From IMG/VR virus record IMGVR_UViG_2602041549_000002: a stretch of DNA of 7,865 nt; one strand, 5' to 3'. A program made the translations under genes and the position numbers. Shown one piece after another: positions 1-7,407 of this stretch. The stretch comes from a virus (taxonomy: Duplodnaviria; Heunggongvirae; Uroviricota; Caudoviricetes). How positions within the stretch are numbered: the first letter of the stretch is position 1; the number at the start of each line of letters is the position of its first letter. Below the pieces are notes generated by a model. It did not search any database and had not been told where the DNA came from. It saw only the letters and a program-made list of their open reading frames with translations.

Positions 1-24
1 AATAATCGCGGTGACTCTACTCAT
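1..24 (-). CDS. Rz: Rz spanin, N-terminal 8 codons only; gene continues beyond the window start
   Basis: ATG at 24..22 overlaps the R stop codon (ATGA). Translation MSRVTAII matches the start of lambda Rz as I recall it. Too short in window to confirm independently. Confidence 0.6.
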
Positions 25-497
25 CCCTCAATCTCTCTGACCGTTCCGCCCGCTTCTTTGAATTTTGCAATCAGGCTGTCAGCCTTATGCTCGAACTGAC
101 CATAACCAGCGCCCGGCAGTGAAGCCCAGATATTGCTGCAACGATCGATAGCCTGACGGATATCACCGCGATCAATCATCGGTAAAGCGCCACGCTCTTT
201 AATCTGCTGTAGTGCAACAGCGTCCTGGCTTTTCGGAGAGAAGTCTTTCAGCCCAAGCTGCTTGCGGTAGGCATCCCACCAACGGGAAAGAAGCTGGTAG
301 CGTCCGGCTGCTGTTGATTTGAGTTTTGGGTTTAGCGTGACAAGTTTGCGAGGGTGATCGGAGTAATCAGTGAATAGCTCTCCGCCAACAATGACGTCAT
401 AACCATGATTTCTGGTTTTCTGACGTCCGTTATCAGTCCCCTCTGACCACGCCAGCATATCGAGGAACGCCTTACGTTGATTATTGATTTCCACCAT
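21..497 (-). CDS. R: Endolysin R (lambda-type lytic transglycosylase)
   Basis: 158 aa [27 protein letters not shown]..., recognised as near-identical to lambda R, with the catalytic Glu in the WSEGTD context. Start overlaps the S stop; stop overlaps the Rz start. Confidence 0.95.
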   Translation of the reverse strand: MVEINNQRKAFLDMLAWSEGTDNGRQKTRNHGYDVIVGGELFTDYSDHPRKLVTLNPKLKSTAAGRYQLLSRWWDAYRKQLGLKDFSPKSQDAVALQQIKERGALPMIDRGDIRQAIDRCSNIWASLPGAGYGQFEHKADSLIAKFKEAGGTVREIEG

Positions 498-804
498 CTT
501 CTACTCCGGCTTTTTTAGCAGCGAAGCGTTTGATAAGCGAACCAATCGAGTCAGTACCGATGTAGCCGATGAACACGCTCGTTATATAAGCGAGATTGCT
601 ACTTAGTCCGGCGAAGTCGAGAAGGTCACGAATGAACCAGGCGATAATGGCGCACATCGTTGCGTCGATTACTGTTTTTGTAAACGCACCGCCATTATAT
701 CTGCCGCGAAGGTACGCCATTGCAAACGCAAGGATTGCCCCGATGCCTTGTTCCTTTGCCGCGAGAATGGCGGCTAACAGGTCATGTTTTTCTGGCATCT
801 TCAT
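481..804 (-). CDS. S: Holin S, class I, with dual start (S107 antiholin at Met1, S105 holin at Met3)
   Basis: 107 aa ORF beginning [10 protein letters not shown]..., near-identical to lambda S. The Met-Lys-Met dual-start motif is present (ATG at 804..802 and 798..796). Confidence 0.95.
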   Translation of the reverse strand: MKMPEKHDLLAAILAAKEQGIGAILAFAMAYLRGRYNGGAFTKTVIDATMCAIIAWFIRDLLDFAGLSSNLAYITSVFIGYIGTDSIGSLIKRFAAKKAGVEDGGNQ

Positions 805-1225
805 GTCTTACCCCCAATAAGGGGATTTGCTCTATTTGATTAGGAATAAGGTCGGTTACTGATAGAACAAATCCAGGCTACTGTGTTTAGTAATCAGATT
901 TGTTCGTGACCGATATGCACGGGCAAAACGGCATGAGGTTGTTAGCGCAGCCTCTTGCCACCCGCTTTCACGAAGGTCATGTGTAGAAGGCCGCAGCGTA
1001 ACTATCACTGATGAATTCAGGATAGCCAGTGGCTACGGCTCAGTTTGGGTTGTGCTGTTGCTGGGCGGCGATGACGCCTGTACGCATTTGGTGATCCGGT
1101 TCTGCTTCCGGCATTCGCTTAATTCAGCACAAAAGGAAGAGCGCTAGCCTACCTCTATCGATTAACGGGCTTGTGGGGCAGTATCGCCGATTCACCTAAC
1201 GCTCTTCCCTTTGTGATTGTAACGC

Positions 1226-1253
1226 AAAAAGCCCCGAGCTATTAACTCAGGGC
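1226..1253 (-). terminator. Intrinsic terminator downstream of pR' (tR'-equivalent); also hairpin plus T-run on the plus strand, so possibly bidirectional
   Basis: Minus-strand RNA GCCCUGAG-UUAAUAG-CUCGGGGC (8 bp stem with one G-U pair, 7 nt loop) followed by UUUUU. It lies about 55-60 nt downstream of the predicted pR' start. Confidence 0.6.
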
Positions 1254-1289
1254 TTTATTTAACGAGTGCATTTATCCATCGTTGAGTCA

Positions 1290-1318
1290 AATTTACCCAA
1301 CTTTATTCAAAAAGTCAA
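1290..1318 (-). promoter_or_regulatory. Late promoter pR' with overlapping Q-utilisation (qut) region
   Basis: Minus strand reads TTGACT (1318..1313), 17 bp spacer, TAAATT (1295..1290), then ..CAACGATGG.. in the initial transcribed region. This matches lambda pR' and its pause-inducing element as I recall them, and sits immediately downstream of Q. Confidence 0.8.
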
Positions 1319-1360
1319 TATTATGCCGTTAATATGTTGCCATCCGTGGCAATCATGCTG

Positions 1361-1984
1361 CTAACGTGTGACCGTATTCAAAATGCTGTCTGCGATTGAC
1401 TCTTCTTTGTGGCATTGCACCACCAGAGCGTCATACAGCGGCTTAACAGTGCGTGACCAGGTGGGTTGGGTAAGATTTGGGATTAGCATCGTCACAGCGC
1501 GATATGCGGCGCTTGCTGGCATCCTTGAATAGCCGACACCTTTGCATCTTCCGCACTCTTTCTCAACAACTCTCCCCCACTGCTCTGTTTTTGCTATATC
1601 AACTGCCCGACCTGTACCGTGGCAATCTCTGCATCTTGCGCCCGGCGTCGCGGCACTACGGCAATAATCCGCATAAGCGAATGTTGCGAGCACTTGCAGT
1701 ACCTTTGCCTTAGTATTTCCTTCGAGCTTTGCCACACCACGGTATTTCCCCGATACCTTGTGTGCAAATTGCATCAGATAGTTGATAGCCTTTTGTTTGT
1801 CGTTCTGGCTGAGTTCGTGCTTACCACAGAATGCAGCCATTCCGAATCCGGCTTGTGATTGCGCCATCCCCATAGCAGCCATCACATCAGTACCGGAAAG
1901 AGAGTCAGAAGCCGTGGCCCGTGGTGAGTCACTCATCATCGGGCTTTTTGGCGAATGAAATTTAGCTACGCTTTCGAGTCTCAT
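1361..1984 (-). CDS. Q: Late gene antiterminator Q (lambda type)
   Basis: 207 aa [30 protein letters not shown]...; recognised as near-identical to lambda Q, including the Cys-rich zinc-binding region (CRDCHGTGR...CGRCKGVG). Start overlaps the ninI stop (ATGA). Confidence 0.95.
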   Translation of the reverse strand: MRLESVAKFHSPKSPMMSDSPRATASDSLSGTDVMAAMGMAQSQAGFGMAAFCGKHELSQNDKQKAINYLMQFAHKVSGKYRGVAKLEGNTKAKVLQVLATFAYADYCRSAATPGARCRDCHGTGRAVDIAKTEQWGRVVEKECGRCKGVGYSRMPASAAYRAVTMLIPNLTQPTWSRTVKPLYDALVVQCHKEESIADSILNTVTR

Positions 1985-2646
1985 GCGCCTTCTCCCTGTA
2001 CCTGAATCAATGTGAGGTTTCCGCAGAACACTGCGCCGGTATCGATATACATCTGGTTGGCAAACTTGAGTGGTTTCACTGCTGGCGTATGACCAAAGAT
2101 GAACGTGTCCGCGCCTTTGATTTCTTTCACGATCCCGTCTTGTGAGTTGCTGATTCGTTCGCGGTTCCAGATTACCTGCTGATGATCAACTGGCTTTCCA
2201 AACTCGTATTCGTCACAAGGATAATCGGCGTGGCAGATGACATATTTTTTACCTTTGCTCACCAGTTCAATGATTAACGGAAGTTCATCTGCTTTATGGG
2301 CAAGAGCTTTAGCCAGAATTTCTTTGTCGTAATCGAGATTAAAGAACCAGCCACCGCCATTAAGCAGCCAGTGATTGACGTTTCCACGCTCTGATAAGCC
2401 ATCAATCATCATTTGCTCATGGTTTCCACGTACAGCTATGAACCAGGGGAATGTGATTAATTCCAGGCATTCAACGTTCTCTGTACCGCGATCGACCAAA
2501 TCGCCAACCGAGATAAGCAGGTCTTTTTTGGTGTCGAATCCTATCGCCTCCAGTTTTTTCATCAGGTTCGTGTAGCATCCGTGCAGATCGCCAACTACCC
2601 AAATATTTCGGTATTTGCTGCCATCAATTCTTTCGTAATAGCGCAT
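1981..2646 (-). CDS. ninI: Ser/Thr protein phosphatase (lambda PPase, orf221/NinI)
   Basis: Calcineurin-like metallophosphatase motifs GDLHG, GDLVDRG and GNHE. Near-identical to lambda orf221 from [24 protein letters not shown] place the true start at the ATG at 2646..2644, not at the upstream ATG of the 246 aa ORF. Confidence 0.9.
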   Translation of the reverse strand: MRYYERIDGSKYRNIWVVGDLHGCYTNLMKKLEAIGFDTKKDLLISVGDLVDRGTENVECLELITFPWFIAVRGNHEQMMIDGLSERGNVNHWLLNGGGWFFNLDYDKEILAKALAHKADELPLIIELVSKGKKYVICHADYPCDEYEFGKPVDHQQVIWNRERISNSQDGIVKEIKGADTFIFGHTPAVKPLKFANQMYIDTGAVFCGNLTLIQVQGEGA

Positions 2647-2830
2647 CTCTTTCACTCCATCCGCGATGAACCATGAGAACGTCGTTGACGATGGCGTGCA
2701 TTTTCCCGTCTTTATCATCAACGTATTTTCTGACCGTACCGCGACTACATTTCAGTCTGCGTGCTACTTCTGTCTGGTTTCCGTATGCTTCAACGAGCAT
2801 GTCTGGAATGGTTTTTACTGAGAACGTCAT
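2624..2830 (-). CDS. ninH: NinH (small DNA-binding protein of the nin region)
   Basis: 68 aa [40 protein letters not shown]..., matching lambda NinH with a helix-turn-helix-like segment. Overlaps the ninI start by 23 nt, as in lambda. Confidence 0.9.
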   Translation of the reverse strand: MTFSVKTIPDMLVEAYGNQTEVARRLKCSRGTVRKYVDDKDGKMHAIVNDVLMVHRGWSERDALLRKN

Positions 2831-3438
2831 GCGGCCTCACTTCTGCTATTTCGCAGGTCTTTGAGTTTCTGTTGGTACTCTGCCTTGATCGCCTTGCACT
2901 CTTCGATAGTCCAGCGATGGCGGTTATGGTTTGATTCGATTTCGTCTACTGCTTCCTGCCCGATGCGATTAATCAGTTCGACGCGATACGGAACGAGATT
3001 TCCGCTTTTGTGCTGGTTGCACACCACGCATTGCTTGTGAATATTGCGTTCATCAAATCGGAGTTGAGGTGCCGCAGCAGTTGTCCGGTAATGTCCGGCA
3101 TCCCACTGAGCAGACGTGAGCGTTCCGCACGAGATACATGGTAAGTCGCGGTCTCTTTCTCTGATGAAGGCGTTTACGGCTTGTTGGGCTTGTTTAATCC
3201 AGTAACTGCGGGGCTTTAAGGCGAGTTTTCGAATCTTAAGTTTATCTTTCTGTTTCTGCTCCTCTCGTCGTCGTTTCTTCTCTGCTGCTTTTTCCGCTTT
3301 TTCGCGTTCTTTACTTCGTCGTTCGAGTGCTATCTTGGTTCCACACTCTGGAGAGCACCACCACTGATTAGCGAATGCAGGGTGAAACCATTCCCGACAT
3401 TCATCGTTTTTACATCGTCTTCGCGCTGGTTTAGCCAT
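2827..3438 (-). CDS. ninG: NinG / Rap (recombination-associated, Holliday-junction endonuclease-like)
   Basis: 203 aa [36 protein letters not shown]..., near-identical to lambda NinG. ATGA overlap with ninH. Confidence 0.9.
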   Translation of the reverse strand: MAKPARRRCKNDECREWFHPAFANQWWCSPECGTKIALERRSKEREKAEKAAEKKRRREEQKQKDKLKIRKLALKPRSYWIKQAQQAVNAFIRERDRDLPCISCGTLTSAQWDAGHYRTTAAAPQLRFDERNIHKQCVVCNQHKSGNLVPYRVELINRIGQEAVDEIESNHNRHRWTIEECKAIKAEYQQKLKDLRNSRSEAA

Positions 3439-3607
3439 CGTCTTCTTCCTCGTACATTGAGCTATTCGGATCGCTCATCAGTTCTGCGCAGCAATCGGAG
3501 CACACGTGAACTTCCAGCACATGCAGCTTCTGACCGCAGTTAGCGCACGTTAAAGCTCGCTCGACGCTTTCTTTCTGGTATTGGATGGATTGGGATGGGC
3601 TAAGCAT
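3431..3607 (-). CDS. ninF: NinF (small Cys-rich nin protein)
   Basis: 58 codons from the ATG at 3607..3605 ([36 protein letters not shown]...). The C-terminal two thirds match lambda NinF as I recall it; the N-terminus differs because of the upstream insertion. Confidence 0.85.
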   Translation of the reverse strand: MLSPSQSIQYQKESVERALTCANCGQKLHVLEVHVCSDCCAELMSDPNSSMYEEEDDG

Positions 3608-4007
3608 GGCTTTCACCATTAAAAAGTCGTTTGTAAGCATCAATGTCTCGTTTTGCTTCACCGAGCTTTCGTCTTAACTCCATGTTTTCTGATTCAAACT
3701 TTTCCATGTCTTGTTGGTATCGATCGCGGTGTTCTTTCCATGCTTTTCGATACGCCTTCATGTATGTCGTTTTGGCCTTTCTCTTTGCCTGACGAACAGC
3801 GTGATGGTTTTCTACAAACCACTCAGGGTCGTTAAATGCTGCTCTGGCGCATGTAGACAAATAATTTGCGGCCTCCCTGTTTAGCCAACAAATACTGATA
3901 AATGGCAACTTGATAAGCACCATTTTTCGTTGAGACTCTTTCTCGCCAAACATGTGCCATTTTTTGATGCTAAGGCCAAATCCAGGTTGAATTAAAAGCA
4001 TTGTCAT
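3600..4007 (-). CDS. Hypothetical protein, about 135 aa, inserted between ninE and ninF (the ninX position of P22-like nin regions); function unknown
   Basis: Uninterrupted minus-strand reading frame filling the approximately 400 bp that lambda lacks at this junction. The ATG at 4007..4005 overlaps the ninE stop (ATGA), and the stop at 3602..3600 lies just inside the ninF start region. Predicted protein [42 protein letters not shown]... has a hydrophobic segment and a highly charged helical C-terminus ([54 protein letters not shown]). I did not recognise a family. Confidence 0.5.
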   Translation of the reverse strand: MTMLLIQPGFGLSIKKWHMFGEKESQRKMVLIKLPFISICWLNREAANYLSTCARAAFNDPEWFVENHHAVRQAKRKAKTTYMKAYRKAWKEHRDRYQQDMEKFESENMELRRKLGEAKRDIDAYKRLFNGESHA

Positions 4008-4180
4008 TTCCTCGCACGATGTCTTAGCCACCGGATATCCCACAGGTGAGCCGTGTAGTTGAAGGTTTTTACGTCAGATTCTTTTGGGATTGGCTTGCGT
4101 TTATTTCTGGAGCGTTTCGTTGGAAGGTATTTGCAGTTTTCGCAGATGATGTCGGTGAAACTTCGTCGCTGTCGTCTCAT
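4004..4180 (-). CDS. ninE: NinE
   Basis: 58 codons from the ATG at 4180..4178: [58 protein letters not shown], matching lambda NinE. ATGA overlap with the upstream methyltransferase stop. Confidence 0.85.
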   Translation of the reverse strand: MRRQRRSFTDIICENCKYLPTKRSRNKRKPIPKESDVKTFNYTAHLWDIRWLRHRARK

Positions 4181-4704
4181 GTCGCCCTCCTGACGCCCTG
4201 CCCGATCGCCATCAATGCCGCTTTGGATACGGTAGTAAACATCCGTCGAGGACTGATGAACGGTCGCCAAATCAGCAGCATGGAGCCTTTGCTGTTTCCC
4301 TTCTTCTCCAACCCTGTCGATGGTTCGATAAAATTAATCCGTCCATCAGTGATAATGCGAACTTCGTCGACACTCTCCAGAGCCTTGCTGAACCATCCGA
4401 CTGACATATCCTCTGGCACAAGCATAACTACCGTCTGTCGCTGTTGTATGCACTGCTCAGCGGCTTTTTCCACCCACGGCCTGATATTGCTGTACGGTGG
4501 GTTATTCCAGATTGCACCGTGGCTTATCCACTCAGAATTTAGCGCGTCGTCGGCCTCAGTTAACCAGTGAGCGCACAGAGCATTTTTGTCGCTCGCTGCC
4601 GAATCCAGCCAGAATCCAAACTCAATATCCAGTGCATCAAAAAGCCAAAGCGGCGTTTGCCAGCAGTCCTTGTCGTGTGCTGGCGTATTTGATTTGATAG
4701 TCAT
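4177..4704 (-). CDS. Phage-type DNA N6-adenine methyltransferase (small Dam-family orphan MTase)
   Basis: 175 codons from the ATG at 4704..4702 ([26 protein letters not shown]...). Contains the catalytic NPPY motif ([11 protein letters not shown]) typical of N6-adenine methyltransferases. Occupies the position of lambda ninC/ninD. ATGA overlaps with ninB upstream and ninE downstream. Confidence 0.85.
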   Translation of the reverse strand: MTIKSNTPAHDKDCWQTPLWLFDALDIEFGFWLDSAASDKNALCAHWLTEADDALNSEWISHGAIWNNPPYSNIRPWVEKAAEQCIQQRQTVVMLVPEDMSVGWFSKALESVDEVRIITDGRINFIEPSTGLEKKGNSKGSMLLIWRPFISPRRMFTTVSKAALMAIGQGVRRAT

Positions 4705-5141
4705 GCAGCCCGATCTCCCCATCTCGCTTTCCACTCCAGAGCCAGTCTCGCTTCGTCTGACCACTTAACGCCACGCTCTGTACCGAATGCCTGTATAAGC
4801 TCTAATAGCTCCGCAAATTCGCCTACACGCATCCTGCTGGTTGACTGGCCTATTACCACAAAGCCATTCCCGGCAAGGTTAGGAACAACATCCTGCTGCT
4901 TTAATGCTGCGGTAAACACACACTTCCAGCTTTCTGCATCCAGCCAGCGACCATGCCATTCAACCTGACGAGAGACGTCACCTAAGCAGGCCCATAGCTT
5001 CCTGTTTTGGTCTAAGCTGCGGTTGCGTTCCTGAATGGTTACTACGATTGGTTTGGTTGGGTCTGGAAGGATTTGCTGTACTGCGTGAATAGCGTTTTGC
5101 TGATGTGCCGGAGATCGAATTTCAAAGGTTAGTTTTTTCAT
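4701..5141 (-). CDS. ninB: NinB (Orf-family recombination mediator of the nin region)
   Basis: 146 aa ORF MKKLTFEIRSPAHQQNAIHAVQQILPDPTKPIVVTIQERNRSLDQNRKLW..., recognised as lambda NinB. Good Shine-Dalgarno (GAGGGAAG) upstream of the ATG at 5141. Confidence 0.9.
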   Translation of the reverse strand: MKKLTFEIRSPAHQQNAIHAVQQILPDPTKPIVVTIQERNRSLDQNRKLWACLGDVSRQVEWHGRWLDAESWKCVFTAALKQQDVVPNLAGNGFVVIGQSTSRMRVGEFAELLELIQAFGTERGVKWSDEARLALEWKARWGDRAA

Positions 5142-5334
5142 GACTTCCCTCTCTAACAGATTTCAGGTTATTCCACTCCGTTACCGCACTGCGATAATTC
5201 GCGGCCGCCACAGCGGCGTGGTTAGCGCAGTAGATTTGGCACCCGTTCTCCATGTCGAATATTGTCGGTAATTTTCCGCATTTACATTTTTTGGCACGCG
5301 GTGCGTCTGAACACATTCCGTTAACGGTGTCCAT
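5122..5334 (-). CDS. Small Cys-rich hypothetical protein (possible zinc-ribbon), 70 aa
   Basis: ORF MDTVNGMCSDAPRAKKCKCGKLPTIFDMENGCQIYCANH... with five cysteines (C8, C17, C19, C32, C36). Strong Shine-Dalgarno GAGGGGG about 6 nt upstream of the ATG at 5334. Its 3' end overlaps the ninB start by 20 nt. Not present at this position in lambda, where ren/tR2 lie upstream of ninB. Confidence 0.5.
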   Translation of the reverse strand: MDTVNGMCSDAPRAKKCKCGKLPTIFDMENGCQIYCANHAAVAAANYRSAVTEWNNLKSVREGSHEKTNL

Positions 5335-5361
5335 CAGGATCCCCCTCGTTCTTAATCCAAT

Positions 5362-5390
5362 AAAAAAGGGGTACTGTGTAAATAGCCCCT
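5362..5390 (-). terminator. Candidate intrinsic terminator between the replication gene and the nin operon (tR2-like position)
   Basis: Minus-strand RNA ...AGGGG-CUAUUUACACAGUA-CCCCU followed by UUUUUUAUU. The stem is short (about 5 bp) with a long loop, so the prediction is weak; position is analogous to lambda tR2 upstream of the nin genes. Confidence 0.3.
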
Positions 5391-5419
5391 GTTATTAGCT
5401 CAGTGATGTAGATGGTCAT

Positions 5420-7300
5420 TTAATACTCCGTCACGTTTTCCTGTCGCCACGCCTCGTCATATTCCGATTTCGGCATATTGGCGATGTAGCTATAAGGCGA
5501 TCCTGATTCAAGTTGCAGGAACTGGTGCGATTGCTCGTCAAGGAACAACGGGACACCACCTTCCCAACCTTCGCCGTTACGTTGTTTTTCAAGCATCAAA
5601 ACAGATGCCGGAGATGCCAGTAGCTGTTCGTCCTTCTCTGACATCTTTTCACCACTCTGAACTCTCTGTAACGCTCTCTCGCGAGCCTTGTTACGCCAGA
5701 TGATAAAAAGGTTGTCTGTCAGGTCTGTTATCGCTCCAGAGCCTTTTACGTCCATTTTCCCGGTTGGTTTTTCTTCGCTATCTCCTTTTCTGGAGTGAGT
5801 AACGAGAATGACGTGGGAGTTTGTTTTGTTTTTGAAATCGCAAATCGAGTCAACAAATGCTTTCTGCCCGTTATAGTCATCGTCACCTATGCCGCATTTC
5901 ATCAGGCTGTCGATGATGAATAACTGGATGCCGTATCGGCGGCGAGCGTAGTCGAATATTTCGATCAGCCTGTCGGCTTTCGCCGTTCCAGTCAGGCCAA
6001 ACACCCAAAGTCTTTCGTCATAAAATTTAAATGCAGAGTCAATTTCCAGCACTGGCGGCATCTTGCAGCACGTCGCCTGACGGGTAAGGCGCTTAAGGAG
6101 AATACCAGGCTTCAGCTCAAGTGACGCGATGCACGTCTTCACACCCTGACGCATTGCCTCAAGTGCCATATGCCCGACAACCTCCGTTTTTCCGTGACCG
6201 TTCACACCATTGACCAGCGTCAACTCGGCCTCACGAAACTGGAATTTATCTGCCAGAGATTCCCACGGTGGATTAAACAGATACTGCTGCTTGCCGTAGA
6301 AAGCGTTGATAGTGTCCTGGTAAAACTCTCGCGCGCTGTAGAGTTCTTCAGGATCAAAGTAGGATGCCGTGCCGATGTACTGCCAGATTTCATCCTCGGT
6401 AACACCGTTCATCAGGCATTCGTTGATGTCTTTGTACGGCAGAGTAACAAGACGGCAACGATGTTCACCGAGTCGGCTTGCGATTTCCCTTGCGGCTTCA
6501 CGACCAACATCATCAACGTCCATCGAGATGAATATTTCCTCAAACCTGTCGAGGTTGTGGTACTCAAACTCAATCCACTGTTGCTTAGCGCCTTTCCCTC
6601 CACCAAACGGCACGGATAACGCCGAGATGCCGTATTGCGCATAGCTCATACAATCAATTTCGCCTTCGCAAAGTACAACCGCCCTCACGCCAGCGTCCAG
6701 AGCCTGCCATCCGAACAGACAAGGTTCGCAATCACCTTCTGCCATAATGACTTTCTTCCCGTCCGGGCGCTCAGCGCTGATTCGCTTGACCTGCAACAAC
6801 TCACCATCGCGTTTGTACGGAAGCACCAGTGCATCAAGTTCTCGTTCTCCATTCCACACCTTGCCGCTGACAACCTCGTAGCGCTTTACGACTTCTGGCG
6901 ATATGCCACGCGATTGCAGGTACTCAAGATGGGATTCTGTTCTGGTAACGTAGCGGGCGATTTTCTTGCGATCAGGTCTGGAGAATTTTTTCTCACGTTT
7001 GGCATCGAAATGGTGATCGTCATCCTTGATACCGAGAAATGCTTTCGCTTCCTGCATAGCCTGATGCAGGTTAATTCCACGACATGCCATCCACAAATCA
7101 AGCATGTCACCGCCGTCTCCCTCAGCGAAATCAGCCCATTTTTTCTTGCCGCTAAGGTTGACCTTAAGGCTGTTTCCCTTGTCACCGTTGACGTTACCGG
7201 CAACCCACTCATGCCCCTCTTTCTTGCCGTTTGGCAACAGGTGCGGAGCCACCCTGTCAACCTGCGCCCAAAGCAGGTCGCTGAGTTCACTTGGCCTCAT
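5420..7300 (-). CDS. Bifunctional DNA primase-helicase (Toprim/DnaG-like primase fused to DnaB/SF4-like P-loop helicase; T7 gp4-like architecture)
   Basis: 626 aa ORF. Toprim acidic motif VVLCEGEIDCMSY. Walker A GVNGHGKTE, Walker B LFIIDSL, then HVILVTHSRK and KGSGAITDLTDNLFIIWR resembling DnaB-family H3/H4 motifs. Shine-Dalgarno GAGGGA upstream of the ATG at 7300. Replaces lambda O/P. Confidence 0.85.
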   Translation of the reverse strand: MRPSELSDLLWAQVDRVAPHLLPNGKKEGHEWVAGNVNGDKGNSLKVNLSGKKKWADFAEGDGGDMLDLWMACRGINLHQAMQEAKAFLGIKDDDHHFDAKREKKFSRPDRKKIARYVTRTESHLEYLQSRGISPEVVKRYEVVSGKVWNGERELDALVLPYKRDGELLQVKRISAERPDGKKVIMAEGDCEPCLFGWQALDAGVRAVVLCEGEIDCMSYAQYGISALSVPFGGGKGAKQQWIEFEYHNLDRFEEIFISMDVDDVGREAAREIASRLGEHRCRLVTLPYKDINECLMNGVTEDEIWQYIGTASYFDPEELYSAREFYQDTINAFYGKQQYLFNPPWESLADKFQFREAELTLVNGVNGHGKTEVVGHMALEAMRQGVKTCIASLELKPGILLKRLTRQATCCKMPPVLEIDSAFKFYDERLWVFGLTGTAKADRLIEIFDYARRRYGIQLFIIDSLMKCGIGDDDYNGQKAFVDSICDFKNKTNSHVILVTHSRKGDSEEKPTGKMDVKGSGAITDLTDNLFIIWRNKARERALQRVQSGEKMSEKDEQLLASPASVLMLEKQRNGEGWEGGVPLFLDEQSHQFLQLESGSPYSYIANMPKSEYDEAWRQENVTEY

Positions 7301-7404
7301 GATTCCCTCAGATTGAGATTTTTAAACCAGAAATCGACAAACGAAATACTTAACCAGCCGTGGTTATAACCAGCGACCAGTAGCGATTTGATTTTTGATT
7401 TCAT
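7297..7404 (-). CDS. Possible 35-codon micro-ORF bridging the two replication genes (not in the supplied ORF track)
   Basis: ATG at 7404..7402, 3 nt after the upstream gene stop and preceded by AGGTGA. Encodes MKSKIKSLLVAGYNHGWLSISFVDFWFKNLNLRES; its TGA overlaps the primase-helicase ATG (ATGA). Could equally be non-coding leader sequence. Confidence 0.2.
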   Translation of the reverse strand: MKSKIKSLLVAGYNHGWLSISFVDFWFKNLNLRES

Positions 7405-7407
7405 GGT

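Noticed and set aside
805-1360. Possible toxin, tRNA or other cargo between Q and S, as seen in Stx-type lambdoid phages
   Set aside because: The interval is only 556 bp, has no ORF of at least 60 codons on either strand, and has no tRNA-like structure. It is mostly lambda-like leader sequence plus the promoter and terminator.
1981-2721. 246 aa version of the phosphatase ORF starting at the upstream ATG ([12 protein letters not shown]...)
   Set aside because: The N-terminal 25 codons overlap ninH in another frame and are absent from lambda PPase. The conserved protein begins at MRYYERID (ATG at 2646..2644).
3431-4764. N-terminal extensions of ninF (to 3661), the insert ORF (GTG at 4043), ninE (to 4270) and the methyltransferase (to 4764) as listed in the ORF track
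   Set aside because: The extensions overlap the preceding gene in another frame. Internal ATGs that form ATGA overlaps with the upstream stop codons give proteins matching the known lambda lengths and starts.
596-7369. Plus-strand ORFs (596..820, 1477..1713, 1619..1858, 2375..2575, 2673..2864, 3653..3835, 4046..4570, 4497..4697, 4586..4768, 6170..6619, 6369..6644, 6635..7369, 7104..7316)
   Set aside because: All lie antisense to confidently recognised minus-strand genes, have no convincing ribosome-binding sites or recognisable products, and several have low-complexity composition. Treated as chance antisense frames.
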